Positions 39,047 to 48,735 of a stretch of DNA of 64,000 bases are shown piece by piece. How positions within the stretch are numbered: the first letter of the stretch is position 1; every line of letters starts with the position of its first letter. The position numbers and the translations under genes are program-made. The notes below the pieces were generated by a model. The model was given only the letters and a program-made list of their open reading frames with translations. It was not told where the DNA came from and searched no databases. Origin of the DNA: Kiritimatiellia bacterium (GTDB lineage: Bacteria; Verrucomicrobiota; Kiritimatiellia; CAIKKV01; CAITUY01); NCBI GenBank assembly GCA_038330175.1, contig JBBQNS010000005.1, positions 20 through 64,019 on the forward strand, written 5' to 3'.

Positions 39047-39685
39047 TCAAGGCGCCAAGCGTTCGATGGCGAGTAAGATGAAGCCCAGCAGGGGCACGAA
39101 TATTAGTAAAAAAACGGTGAGCCGCATGCCGAGCAGATCCGGCAGCATGATTTTGCCTCGATTGCCGATTTTCTGTAGGGTCGCGCCCAGATAGTCCGAC
39201 GTCTCGGCGAAGAGATAACTTCCTGCCATCAGGCCCACGATGCCGAAGATCGCATCGTAATTACCCTGACCCAGCGCCGCTGCACCCGTGCCGGGGCAAT
39301 ACCCCAGTAGGCCAAGTCCGACGCCAAAAATCAGTCCCCCCACGATATTGGAGACATAGCAGGTCGGCTTTACATGAAGTTTAACAAGCCCCATCGCGCG
39401 CATAGAGAAAATGCCAAACATCCCCACCGCAATCGCGGTAAGCATGACCTTGATCACCGTGAAGTCAGTCAGTAAGAACTGGCCCATCAACACTTCGTAC
39501 TTGCCCACGCCACCTTTCTGCAACAGGAAGCCAAACACGATACCGAACGTGAGGCCGAGAACGAGCTGGCGTGCGGAATCCGGCTTGTCCGGAGTGTCTT
39601 TTTCATCTTTCCCGTTATCCCGCGCCGGTAAGACGAGAACCGGCGGAACCGGGCTGTCGATTGGCTTGCCTGAATTAATGTTCAT
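39047..39685 (-). CDS. YeeE/YedE-family sulfur-compound transporter, half-protein B
   Basis: 212 aa multi-TM; conserved LGYCPGTGAAALGQG motif. Confidence 0.7.
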   Translation of the reverse strand: MNINSGKPIDSPVPPVLVLPARDNGKDEKDTPDKPDSARQLVLGLTFGIVFGFLLQKGGVGKYEVLMGQFLLTDFTVIKVMLTAIAVGMFGIFSMRAMGLVKLHVKPTCYVSNIVGGLIFGVGLGLLGYCPGTGAAALGQGNYDAIFGIVGLMAGSYLFAETSDYLGATLQKIGNRGKIMLPDLLGMRLTVFLLIFVPLLGFILLAIERLAP

Positions 39686-39694
39686 CGTGTGTCC

Positions 39695-40210
39695 TTAGAG
39701 GCGAAACAACAACATTGACGTGGAGACGGCGCCGATAAAAAAGCAGGCCAGCGCGATCCACGAGCTCACCGAAAGCTGAAGCGCGCCGCTGATTCCGTGG
39801 CCGCTGGTGCAACCGCCCGCGAGCCGGGCGCCATAGGCCATGATGGCGCCGCCGCCGAGCGCGACTCCCGCGCGCAACACAACAGCCGAGCCGAACCGCT
39901 CCTGCCAGAGGGCGGGAACCCACGTGGCGGTGATCTCCCCCCCGGTATAAGCCGCAATGAAGGCTCCCAGCATAATGCCGAACATTAGCATCACCTCCCA
40001 TTCGATCTTCGGCTTCTTCTCCTGATAGTACTTCAGCGTCTCGGTATGACCCTTGGAGAATAGGTTGCCGACGAGGCCCGCAAGGCGCGCGTAAGCCGTT
40101 GATACACCGAGCGGCTTATCCGAAAAGTAAAACGTCGCCATCGAAAGCACGCCGATCAGTGCCCCCACCAGATACGGCGACCATGCACCGCCTTCGTAGT
40201 CCATATTCAC
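39695..40210 (-). CDS. YeeE/YedE-family sulfur-compound transporter, half-protein A
   Basis: 171 aa multi-TM; conserved LAGGCTSGHGISG motif. Confidence 0.75.
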   Translation of the reverse strand: MNMDYEGGAWSPYLVGALIGVLSMATFYFSDKPLGVSTAYARLAGLVGNLFSKGHTETLKYYQEKKPKIEWEVMLMFGIMLGAFIAAYTGGEITATWVPALWQERFGSAVVLRAGVALGGGAIMAYGARLAGGCTSGHGISGALQLSVSSWIALACFFIGAVSTSMLLFRL

Positions 40211-40211
40211 C

Positions 40212-41624
40212 TCACTCCTTTTTTTTCGCTACAGCAGATTTCTCAAGCGGCAGCCCCAATTGTTCCCAGGCAGTGATGCCACCGAGCATGTTGTGAAGGC
40301 GTGAAAAACCGTGGCGCCTGAGAATGCTCACGGCGAGCCCTGAGCGGTGACCGACACTGCAGTGCACCACGATTTCGCTGTCCTTCGGCAACTGGGGTAA
40401 GTTCTCCTCCAAGTAGCCCACGAACTGGTGGATCGCTCCCGGAATATGCTTTTCGTTCCACTCATATTCGTCCCGCACGTCGAGCACGTGCACACGTCCC
40501 TCCTGCATCCAGTTTGCCGTCTCGAGAGCGCTCGTCGTCGTTATCGTTTCGATCGGCAACCCCTGCTCGTACCAGGTTTCGATGCCGCTGGTGAGCACCC
40601 CTTCCACCGAATCGATGCCGATACGCGCGAGCGACTTGAGGGCTTTCTCCGTATGCTCAGGGCTGTCGACGACGAGAAAGATCCGAGACTTCTCGGTGGC
40701 AACCCATCCGCCAAACGCAGGCATGCCAGCGAGCCAAATGTTGTAGGAAGCGGGGATATGCGCCCCAGCAAATGCCTCCGGATCCCGGGTGTCGATCACC
40801 ACCCCCTCTTTCATGCGCTTCTGAAACTCCTTGGGCTGAAGTACGTGAAAGGTCGGAGGCCACTTGAGCGGCCTGCCAGAGAGCAGGTTGACTTTTTCCA
40901 TATCGGAGAAGTATGGGGGGCGCGCCATTTTTTCTGCGAGCTTGTGCTTAACGAATCCATGGCGGCTTTTCTTGAAGACGGGATTGGTTCCCTTTTCGAT
41001 CCCCAGTGTCGAATCATCGCGGTCCGAAATGTTGCCGCCGCACGCCGAGCCCGCACCGTGAGCTGGGAAGAGTAGCGTCTGGTCGCCGAGCGGTCCGATC
41101 TGGCGATGAACTGCGTCATATAGGATGCCGGCGTTCTCGCCGGTCTTTTCCGGGTCAGTAAGATCCGTGCGGCCGGTATCTCCTACGAACAGCGTATCGC
41201 CGGTCAAGGCGCCCCAGCACTTTTCTCCGGCATCCTTTACGTAAACGGCATAAGTCACGCCTTCTGGCGTGTGCCCGGGTGTCTCGAGCGCTACGAAACG
41301 AGTCGTTCCCACTTTAAGTTCTTCACCGTCTTTGAGCTTCACGTCCGTCTTGCCGAACAGTTCGTGGCAACCGCTGACGATCTGCGCGCCCGTCATCTGC
41401 GCGATCGAGCTTGAGCCGAACTCGAAATCCTCCTGTCGATGGGTCTCAAGGACGTAGATGATGGATAAATCGTTCTCGCGTGCAAGGCGTAAATAGTCGT
41501 CGACGTCACGCCGCGGATCGACGACCACCGCGAGCCCTTCGCCGCAACCGATGACGTATGAGTTGTGTGCGAGCCCCAACGTTTTCAAACGCTGAAAAAA
41601 CATAATGCGTTCTTCTCCAAACAA
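40212..41624 (-). CDS. MBL-fold protein fused to tandem rhodanese domains (CstB/persulfide-dioxygenase-sulfurtransferase-like)
   Basis: 470 aa; MBL motifs (GHTPEG, FPAHG, GDTLFVGD) but motif 2 reads THRQEDF rather than HxHxDH; C-terminal rhodanese with active-site CSVGHRSG preceded by Cys-less rhodanese. Confidence 0.65.
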   Translation of the reverse strand: MFGEERIMFFQRLKTLGLAHNSYVIGCGEGLAVVVDPRRDVDDYLRLARENDLSIIYVLETHRQEDFEFGSSSIAQMTGAQIVSGCHELFGKTDVKLKDGEELKVGTTRFVALETPGHTPEGVTYAVYVKDAGEKCWGALTGDTLFVGDTGRTDLTDPEKTGENAGILYDAVHRQIGPLGDQTLLFPAHGAGSACGGNISDRDDSTLGIEKGTNPVFKKSRHGFVKHKLAEKMARPPYFSDMEKVNLLSGRPLKWPPTFHVLQPKEFQKRMKEGVVIDTRDPEAFAGAHIPASYNIWLAGMPAFGGWVATEKSRIFLVVDSPEHTEKALKSLARIGIDSVEGVLTSGIETWYEQGLPIETITTTSALETANWMQEGRVHVLDVRDEYEWNEKHIPGAIHQFVGYLEENLPQLPKDSEIVVHCSVGHRSGLAVSILRRHGFSRLHNMLGGITAWEQLGLPLEKSAVAKKKE

Positions 41625-41664
41625 ATAAGTGTTAAGCCATCAGAATATTCATTACCGCTCTCCT

Positions 41665-43821
41665 TTAGGCGAGTGTTCGTACGGACTTCTCGCGATCCCA
41701 TTGCCGCGTCGTTGCAGCAGCGATAAATGCGACTTTGTTATTGGCATCTATGACGCCCGCGTCCTGTTCAACATTTGCTATTTTCAAAAGCGCGTGGCCG
41801 CCTTTGTCGACGGCGATTGCCTTAAGATGGCCGAAGGCATCGCGCACGAAATCGATTGCGGCGCTTTCCACCGATAGGGCCTTGGCACCCTCTTCAGAGA
41901 GAATAACGGCCACTGCGTCGAACAGGACCGAAGGCGTTCCCGCCAATTGTCCATCCGCCGGCAGCATCGAGCCATCGGCGAGTTTCGCGCCGCCGACCTT
42001 GGGCGCGACGATCTTCACGGCCGCCCCCGCGTCGGTCGCAGCCTTCTTGATCTTCTTGATGACCGTGCCATCTGAACCATCTGCGATTAGGATGGCGATG
42101 GCGCGCCCCTCAAGGGTGTTCTTCATTTTGCCGATGATCTGCAATGCAGGTGATGGCGCCATTTTCTTCACAGGCGCAGCGGCCGCCGGGGCATCGGGCA
42201 TCTTGTCGAACGTAAGGCCCGCCGCAACCCGCTTCGCCAAGTCCTCCTCTATGTGTCGCAGGTGTCCCACCATCGCCTCACGCACGTGGATGTGCTCAAC
42301 CTTGGAAAGCTCAAACACCAACGCCGAGGCGATGTGCGCCTGCTCATACGCAGTTTGGCTGAGATAAAACTGCCGCGCCTGACTGTAGTGGTCGGCGAAG
42401 CTGTCGGCACGGATGCGGCCCTTCTCGCCGGTGTCCACTACGGAAGCGCTATGGAAACTCTTCACCGGCGTTTCGCGCGGTGAGTTGCCGGATAAGGAGT
42501 TAGGCTCATAGGCAACACGGCCCGTCGGCTGTCCCATCTGCATGTGTCCGTCACGTTGCTGGTTACCGAACGGGCACTTGGGTGCGTTGATCGGGATCTG
42601 ATGGAAGTTGGCTGAACCCAGGCGCGACAACTGCGTGTCGAGGTAGGAGAACAATCGACCCTGTAATAGTGGATCATTTGAGAAATCGATGCCTGGCACC
42701 ACGTTGGCAGGGCAAAAGGCAACCTGTTCGGTTTCGGCGAAGAAATTGGCCGGCCAGCGATCCAGCACCATGCGGCCGATCACTTTTAATGGCACCAACT
42801 CTTCGGGAATCAGCTTGGTAGCGTCCAGATGATCGAAGGGGAATCTGTCGGCCTCCTCCTGCGTGAAGAGCTGAACCGCGAATTCCCACTCGGGAAATTT
42901 GCCCGCCGCGATGGACTCGAACATGTCGCGGCGGTGGTAGTCCGGGTCCGCGCCGGCAATCTTGACGGTCTCATCCCAGATGGTGGACTGCAAGCCGAGC
43001 TTGGGACGCCAATGAAATTTGACGAAAGTGGACTTACCTGCCGCATTGATCAGCCGAAAACTATGCACGCCAAAGCCTTCGATCATCCGCAACGAACGCG
43101 GCAGTGTGCGATCAGACATGATCCACATCACCATGTGCATAGCTTCAGGCGTAAGCGAAATGAAATCCCAGAACGTGGAGTGCGCGGTTGCCGATTGCGG
43201 AAAACCGCGGTCGGGTTCCATCTTGACGGCATGGATGAGGTCGGGAAACTTGATGGCATCCTGGATGAAGAATACCGGGATGTTGTTGCCGACCAGGTCC
43301 CAGTTGCCTTCCTTGGTGTAGAACTTGATGGCAAAACCGCGTACGTCACGAGGGGTATCCACCGAACCGGCGCCGCCTGCGACGGTCGATATGCGAGTAA
43401 ACACGGGGGTCTTCTCACCGACCTCGGTGAGTATCCTGGCGGTAGTGTATTGTTGCAACGAGGAAGTCAGCTCGAAGAAGCCATGCACGCCTGTCGCGCG
43501 CGCATGGACAATACGCTCCGGAATGCGTTCGTGATCGAAATGGGTGATCTTTTCGCGAAGGACGAAGTCCTCCAAGAGGGTCGGGCCGCGCGTATTGGCC
43601 CGTAGCGAGTTTTGATTGTCGGAAACGGGGAGGCCTTGATTGGTTGTCAGCACAGGGTGATCCGCGCCGGCGACCTGGTGCCGTTCCCCTCCACTTCCCA
43701 AGTGGCCTTCTTCGAGCGCAGCGGCAAAACCAACTTTCTTCTTATTGGTCTCTGTGCTGTTGCGGGCTTTTTTTTTCGTTTTCATGATACTACTTCCCTC
43801 CTGAAGTCGATCATCTCTCAT
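41665..43821 (-). CDS. katE: large-subunit (HPII-type) catalase, paralogue 2
   Basis: 718 aa; K-rich N-terminal extension; ~80% identical to katE paralogue 1. Confidence 0.93.
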   Translation of the reverse strand: MRDDRLQEGSSIMKTKKKARNSTETNKKKVGFAAALEEGHLGSGGERHQVAGADHPVLTTNQGLPVSDNQNSLRANTRGPTLLEDFVLREKITHFDHERIPERIVHARATGVHGFFELTSSLQQYTTARILTEVGEKTPVFTRISTVAGGAGSVDTPRDVRGFAIKFYTKEGNWDLVGNNIPVFFIQDAIKFPDLIHAVKMEPDRGFPQSATAHSTFWDFISLTPEAMHMVMWIMSDRTLPRSLRMIEGFGVHSFRLINAAGKSTFVKFHWRPKLGLQSTIWDETVKIAGADPDYHRRDMFESIAAGKFPEWEFAVQLFTQEEADRFPFDHLDATKLIPEELVPLKVIGRMVLDRWPANFFAETEQVAFCPANVVPGIDFSNDPLLQGRLFSYLDTQLSRLGSANFHQIPINAPKCPFGNQQRDGHMQMGQPTGRVAYEPNSLSGNSPRETPVKSFHSASVVDTGEKGRIRADSFADHYSQARQFYLSQTAYEQAHIASALVFELSKVEHIHVREAMVGHLRHIEEDLAKRVAAGLTFDKMPDAPAAAAPVKKMAPSPALQIIGKMKNTLEGRAIAILIADGSDGTVIKKIKKAATDAGAAVKIVAPKVGGAKLADGSMLPADGQLAGTPSVLFDAVAVILSEEGAKALSVESAAIDFVRDAFGHLKAIAVDKGGHALLKIANVEQDAGVIDANNKVAFIAAATTRQWDREKSVRTLA

Positions 43822-43841
43822 AGGGTATAACCGCTTATCGA

Positions 43842-44402
43842 TTAGAACCGCCAGTTGACCAGAACCATAGCAGGAGCCAGTTCATTTGGCAGACCAGTGA
43901 ACCAACTTGTGTTCTCACGGATAACATTAACGAGCCCGATCTGTCCGCCGCCAGGCACTGAATCTGCGATGTTCACTAGACCAAACTGCAAGCCTGTCAG
44001 GCGACCCGCGTAGTTCACGGCACCGAGTTGCAACCCCTCCATGGAGCCGCCGGTGTAGTTTACGGCGCTGAGAAGGACTCCGACGAGGGGACCGCCCTGC
44101 CAGCCCACGAAGTCGCCCTTCGTGTAGTTGACGAACGACCACTGCAGGCCCTTGTAGTTTTCGGCATAATTCAGTAGTCCGATGCTCAGTCCGGCGCTCT
44201 GTCCCGTAGATCCATTGACCAAGCCCACAGCCAACGCTGTTTGCGGATTTTCACCCCAGATGCTGAGACTCACCCCGTTGATCCTCTCGGTTCTGTCAAA
44301 TACAGCGATATCCGGAGTCAAACTGAGTTGCACCGGCTTGGGACCGGCCATGACTTCAGTCGCTGCCACAATCATCGCTATCCATACGAATGTTGTTTTC
44401 AT
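43842..44402 (-). CDS. secreted repeat protein (GLQxGxVNYA repeats), hypothetical
   Basis: signal peptide; 5-6 degenerate ~20-aa repeats. Confidence 0.45.
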   Translation of the reverse strand: MKTTFVWIAMIVAATEVMAGPKPVQLSLTPDIAVFDRTERINGVSLSIWGENPQTALAVGLVNGSTGQSAGLSIGLLNYAENYKGLQWSFVNYTKGDFVGWQGGPLVGVLLSAVNYTGGSMEGLQLGAVNYAGRLTGLQFGLVNIADSVPGGGQIGLVNVIRENTSWFTGLPNELAPAMVLVNWRF

Positions 44403-44522
44403 GACTTCAACTCTCCTTTTCTATTAGTTACGGTTTTATCACTCACTACCCGGCACTGTAGAGTAGACCGGACATGGGTGGCCATCAGGCACCGGATGAT
44501 ATATGTATTCGAATTACCTTAC

Positions 44523-44684
44523 TCAAGATCGCTCTTTCTTTCCCGGCTTTCTGGGCTGTGCTGTTTTTTTCTTTTTGAACGTCTCAGAGTCTCGGCCCTG
44601 TTTGTTTGCTGTTGCATAGAACACCTGCTTCCCTTTCTTGGCCCCGTACTCTTTCTGGAATTTTTTGATAATCGCTTCCGGCAT
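44523..44684 (-). CDS. small basic hypothetical protein
   Basis: 53 aa from MPEAIIKKFQKEYG; Lys-rich. Confidence 0.35.
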   Translation of the reverse strand: MPEAIIKKFQKEYGAKKGKQVFYATANKQGRDSETFKKKKTAQPRKPGKKERS

Positions 44685-44881
44685 GTCACCCTCCTTCTTG
44701 ATCGAATTAATCCTCACCACCATCTTGCCCGCGGGCTTCCCGACAGTCTATTCCTAATGACCGTTGAAATCACCTAGGGTTTATAGACCTCTAATGTAAG
44801 TGGTTTGCCTATTCCGCTCATGGGTCATAGCGTCTATTATGGTGATGACTGGAAGTATACAGAGCAGCAATACGAAAGGTT

Positions 44882-45199
44882 ATGAAGATGGCTATAAAAA
44901 CGTATTTGGCCGTTGGGCTCGGAGTAGTAGTGGGATCCATAGGTACGATCTACGCAGATGAAAATAAGGCGGTTACGAACCTCGTCATTCGTCCTGCGGT
45001 TACAAATCTCATCATCCTTCACGAGGGCACGAACTCCGCCACGTTGACCGAGAAAGAAAAAAAGCGGTTGTCGAAAGACCCAGACGTCGATGCAGATAGG
45101 CAACAGTACAACGATAAAGGTCGGCAGAGGAAGATAATCAAAGAAGAGGCGGAACGAAGAGAACGCGACAAGGCTCCGTTAAGGAGTCCTTCGCCGTAA
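44882..45199 (+). CDS. hypothetical secreted protein
   Basis: signal peptide; charged C-terminus. Confidence 0.4.
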   Translation: MKMAIKTYLAVGLGVVVGSIGTIYADENKAVTNLVIRPAVTNLIILHEGTNSATLTEKEKKRLSKDPDVDADRQQYNDKGRQRKIIKEEAERRERDKAPLRSPSP

Positions 45200-45240
45200 A
45201 CGAATCGCTGAACCCCGAACAAGACTGCCATGGGGCGAAA

Positions 45241-45753
45241 ATGGAGAAAATGATGAAAATAACGGCCATAGTGATTTTAGGTGCACTGTTCGTAAGCAAC
45301 GCCTTGGCAAGAATCGGCGAAACATCGAATGAGGCTACGGAGCGGTACGGCCACTCTAACGAATCCTTCGCTGGCACCTATTCGAATACAATTGTCCGAC
45401 TCTACAATAAGGCAGGAATCAAGGTTGAGGCCCTATTCTTCATGGACCATGCGGGGAAGAGCGTCATCGGACAGATTAAATACTCGCTTCCCGAGGAGTT
45501 GAGCCAGAGCAACCTCGTTGCCAAGGCGGTGTTCCTGCAATTGCTTGAAGACAATGCAGGGGGGCAGCATTGGGAAATGCAAAACAACTTGCCAACAACG
45601 CAAAATTTCCAACGGGAAGGTGCGTTCGCAACCATGACGGCAACCCTGTTGACGGTAACCCTCGGCGAATATGGAGTCTTCCTTGATGCCGAAAAGGCTC
45701 ATCTTGCAGGGAAGCAGTCTGGCCGAATAGATAAGCAGTTGAAGGACTTCTGA
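45241..45753 (+). CDS. hypothetical secreted protein
   Basis: signal peptide (ITAIVILGALFVSNALA). Confidence 0.45.
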   Translation: MEKMMKITAIVILGALFVSNALARIGETSNEATERYGHSNESFAGTYSNTIVRLYNKAGIKVEALFFMDHAGKSVIGQIKYSLPEELSQSNLVAKAVFLQLLEDNAGGQHWEMQNNLPTTQNFQREGAFATMTATLLTVTLGEYGVFLDAEKAHLAGKQSGRIDKQLKDF

Positions 45754-45772
45754 CAAATTCCAGGGAGCAATC

Positions 45773-46177
45773 ATGAGAATATTACTTGTGGAAAACTATC
45801 TCCCCATACGCGAACATGTGAAGATCATGATCAATGAAACGAAGGATCTGCACGTTATCGCGGAGGTCGGATCGGGAGAGGAAGCCATCGAAATGGTAAA
45901 GCGACTCAAACCCGACGTTGTGATCATGGACATCATGTTATCTGGAATGACCGGCATTCTCACCATTCGTCGCATTCTATCAGAACACCCGTCGACCAGG
46001 ATTCTCGCCCTGTCCGGCTTTTCAGCCTCCACCCTCGCCCAATCGGTTTTCGATGCCGGAGGACATGGCTATGTATGCAAGAACCGCGCTTCTGAGGAAC
46101 TGATCGCAGCCATACGGAAGGTGGGCAACGGAGAGTCTTACATTAGCAATACGGCGCATGAAACCAGAAGCGGCTAG
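45773..46177 (+). CDS. NarL/FixJ-type receiver domain without DNA-binding domain (likely 3'-truncated response regulator)
   Basis: 134 aa REC (D-box LLVENY, DIMLSGM); stops where LuxR-type HTH would begin; followed 48 bp later by a dehydrogenase gene fragment. Confidence 0.6.
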   Translation: MRILLVENYLPIREHVKIMINETKDLHVIAEVGSGEEAIEMVKRLKPDVVIMDIMLSGMTGILTIRRILSEHPSTRILALSGFSASTLAQSVFDAGGHGYVCKNRASEELIAAIRKVGNGESYISNTAHETRSG

Positions 46178-46224
46178 CGGTAAATGAACGCGATGAACTG
46201 GGCAGCGATCTGGTACCCGATTAC

Positions 46225-46671
46225 ATGACGGCAGTTCGCGACGGCGCTTTCTACGGTTGGCCTTACAGTTACTTCGGGGCTCACATCGACACACGCATCA
46301 AACCGCAGAACCCCGAACTGGTGGCAAAGGACATTGTGCCAGATTACGCATTGGGGTCGCATACCGCCTCACTGGGACTCGCCTCCTCGCAAGGCACGAC
46401 CTTGCCTGCCCGTTTCGAGCGCGGAATGTTTGTCGGACAGCACGGCTCTTGGAATCGCAAGCCGCGCAGCGGCTATCGAGTGGTGTTTGTGCCGTTCACG
46501 GACGGCGTTCCGTCAGGCAGCTCGGTTGACGTCCTGACAGGTTTCGTCAAGGAGAATGGCCACGCGATGGGACGGCCTGTGGGTGTTGCCATCGACAAAC
46601 GGGGTGCACTGCTGGTGGCTGACGATGTTGGCAACACCATTTGGCGGGTCACGGCGAAACTTTCGTTATGA
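46225..46671 (+). pseudogene. C-terminal fragment (~150 aa) of PQQ-dependent soluble sugar (glucose/sorbosone) dehydrogenase
   Basis: C-terminal beta-propeller blades with [27 protein letters not shown] signature; N-terminal ~250 aa absent. Confidence 0.6.
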
Positions 46672-46791
46672 GGTGCAGCGATAGACGCCATAAAACTTAA
46701 GGCTTTTAGATCTGAAAAATAAGGGTGTTCCCGATACCACGGATCCAGCACATCGCCTATCGTGTCGTCATTATAAAGAAGGAGATAAACG

Positions 46792-47385
46792 ATGAAAACA
46801 TATCTAGGCGAACTACCCTATGCGCAGGCTGCTCTAGAACCCTATATCACCTCTAAGACGATGAGCTTCCACTACGGAAAACATCACCAAGCTTATGTGG
46901 ACAACCTGAACAAGCTCGTCGCCAATACGCCTTTGGCGGATCAATCGCTTGAAAAGATCATTTCCGATACAGCGGGCGCGGCGGACAAGGCGGCGGTTTT
47001 CAACAACGCGGCCCAAGTGTGGAACCACACCTTCTTCTGGCAAAGCATGAAGGCGGGAGGAGGAGTCGAGCCGACGGGAAAATTGATGGAGCGGATCAAG
47101 AAATCCTTCGGTAGTTACGCGGAGTTCAAGAGCGCCTTCGTGGCAGCAGGGCTCGCGCAATTCGGTAGTGGCTGGGTGTGGTTGGTACAGGAAGGTGAGA
47201 CCGTGAAGATCATCAAGACGGCGAACGCGGACACGCCCGTGGCACACGGGCAAACCGCACTCCTGACGTGCGACGTATGGGAACACGCCTACTATCTTGA
47301 CTACCAGAACCGGCGGAAGGATTTCCTAGAAACGTTCCTTGAGCATCTGGCGAACTGGGATTTTGCAGTATCGCAGATGAAGTGA
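46792..47385 (+). CDS. sod: Fe/Mn-family superoxide dismutase
   Basis: 197 aa; HYGKHH, DVWEHAYYLDYQN metal-ligand motifs. Confidence 0.92.
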   Translation: MKTYLGELPYAQAALEPYITSKTMSFHYGKHHQAYVDNLNKLVANTPLADQSLEKIISDTAGAADKAAVFNNAAQVWNHTFFWQSMKAGGGVEPTGKLMERIKKSFGSYAEFKSAFVAAGLAQFGSGWVWLVQEGETVKIIKTANADTPVAHGQTALLTCDVWEHAYYLDYQNRRKDFLETFLEHLANWDFAVSQMK

Positions 47386-47453
47386 ATAGCGGCTGAAGTC
47401 TCGAAAACTGGCATTAACTCTGATAAGAAACACTAAACTGAAAGGCGATGCGG

Positions 47454-47591
47454 ATGAAAAGCAGTAAAGAAATGATCGATGCGTTAAATGGATTGCTCGC
47501 GGATGAACTGACGGCAATCAACCAGTATGTTGTGCACGGCGAGATGGCGGAGAACTGGGGTTACAGCAAGCTCAAGAAGACCGTGGTGTAG
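47454..47591 (+). pseudogene. bfr: N-terminal 45-aa fragment of bacterioferritin
   Basis: MKSSKEMIDALNGLLADELTAINQYVVHGEMAENWGYSKL matches Bfr helix A then terminates; not in ORF track. Confidence 0.55.
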
Positions 47592-47760
47592 AGTCCTTAT
47601 GCGCAAGGAGCGTCCGCCCGTCATTCTGGTGGTCCACGCACTGTCGGCGGCGACGGCCTTGGTGGTGCTCATCGTTCCTGCAGTCACGGGCACGGGTATA
47701 TAAGGAGATGGCGTGTTCCGAGCGGAGCGGGCTGTCTCCAGAACCACCTCTATGAATTGA

Positions 47761-47790
47761 TCCCCTCCTCGGAGGGGTTAGGGGTGGGTT
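47761..47790. repeat. half copy of REP-like palindrome family A
   Basis: TCCCCTCCTCGGAGGGGTTAGGGGTGGGTT. Confidence 0.55.
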
Positions 47791-47994
47791 CTACCTCTAC
47801 ATTGGCCGAGACTTGTGCGCTATAATCATCCATGTTGACAAGGTTTAGCAACGATTCTGCAACACGAGTGTAGTCGCTGATTGAGCGTAGCTAAGGTCTT
47901 TCTTTCCAACGGCGAGACGCCGTTGCCACTTTCCTCAGACTTCCTGATCCCGGTGGGACTGGCATTAACCCAGCACCTATAAATGGCCTAGTCT

Positions 47995-48068
47995 TGTTAT
48001 AACAGTATTTATGAGGCTTTATCTCATGCTGATGCGCGTAATGGATGGTTTATCATCTTATAACAGTA
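47995..48068. promoter_or_regulatory. two palindromic TTATAACAGTA sites (TGTTATAACA / CTTATAACAG) 62 bp apart in AT-rich region upstream of hipB - candidate HipB operators/promoter
   Basis: perfect 10-bp palindrome TGTTATAACA at 47995-48004; second site 48057-48068; ~100-165 bp upstream of hipB ATG. Confidence 0.4.
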
Positions 48069-48160
48069 ATATACTTACTTTTCTCTTGTTGAAAAGAAGA
48101 TGTTGCACCATATTAGTGCCATAAAAGTACAAATTATCATTTTAAAGTGGGGAAATCTGA

Positions 48161-48424
48161 ATGAATACGGTCCTAAAAATGGGTGCGAGTGTTCGGTTTC
48201 ACCGCCGAAAGGCGGGACTATCGCAGGCTCAACTGGCCCGACTGGCAGGGGTGGGGAAGGCCTCTGTTTTTGATGTTGAAAAAGGCAAGGAAACCGTTCA
48301 GATGGATACTATTCTGAAAATATTTTCCGTTTTGAATATGGAACTGGTGGTGAAAAGTCCTCTCGTAGTTGAGATGCTGAAAGCGAGTAGCGCACAGGCT
48401 TCAGGCGAAGAGGGGTCGAAATGA
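48161..48424 (+). CDS. hipB: XRE-family HTH transcriptional regulator HipB
   Basis: 87 aa; HTH LSQAQLARLAGVGKASVFDVEKG; 4-bp overlap with hipS. Confidence 0.8.
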   Translation: MNTVLKMGASVRFHRRKAGLSQAQLARLAGVGKASVFDVEKGKETVQMDTILKIFSVLNMELVVKSPLVVEMLKASSAQASGEEGSK

Positions 48425-48735
48425 AGAAAGCGAACGTTTTTGTAAACGGTCATTTGGCGGGTTGCCTTGAAGAATGGGAGCCGGGTCACCACTACAAATT
48501 CCGCTACCAAACCGACTATGAGGGCCCCCCCGTTTCCCTTACGATGCCCACTTCGGAATCTGAATATACCTACAACCGTTTCCCGCCTTTTTTCGACGGC
48601 GTACTTCCTGAAGGCATCATGCTGGAGGGGTTGCTCAAGCAGAATAAAATAGACCGGTTGGATTACTTCAGCCAACTGATGACGGTGGGGAACGATCTGG
48701 TTGGGTCGGTCACCGTGAAAGCGGTGGAATCATGA
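48421..48735 (+). CDS. hipS: HipS (HipA N-terminal subdomain-like antitoxin of tripartite HipBST)
   Basis: 104 aa resembling HipA_N coupling domain; stand-alone ORF overlapping hipT. Confidence 0.7.
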   Translation: MKKANVFVNGHLAGCLEEWEPGHHYKFRYQTDYEGPPVSLTMPTSESEYTYNRFPPFFDGVLPEGIMLEGLLKQNKIDRLDYFSQLMTVGNDLVGSVTVKAVES

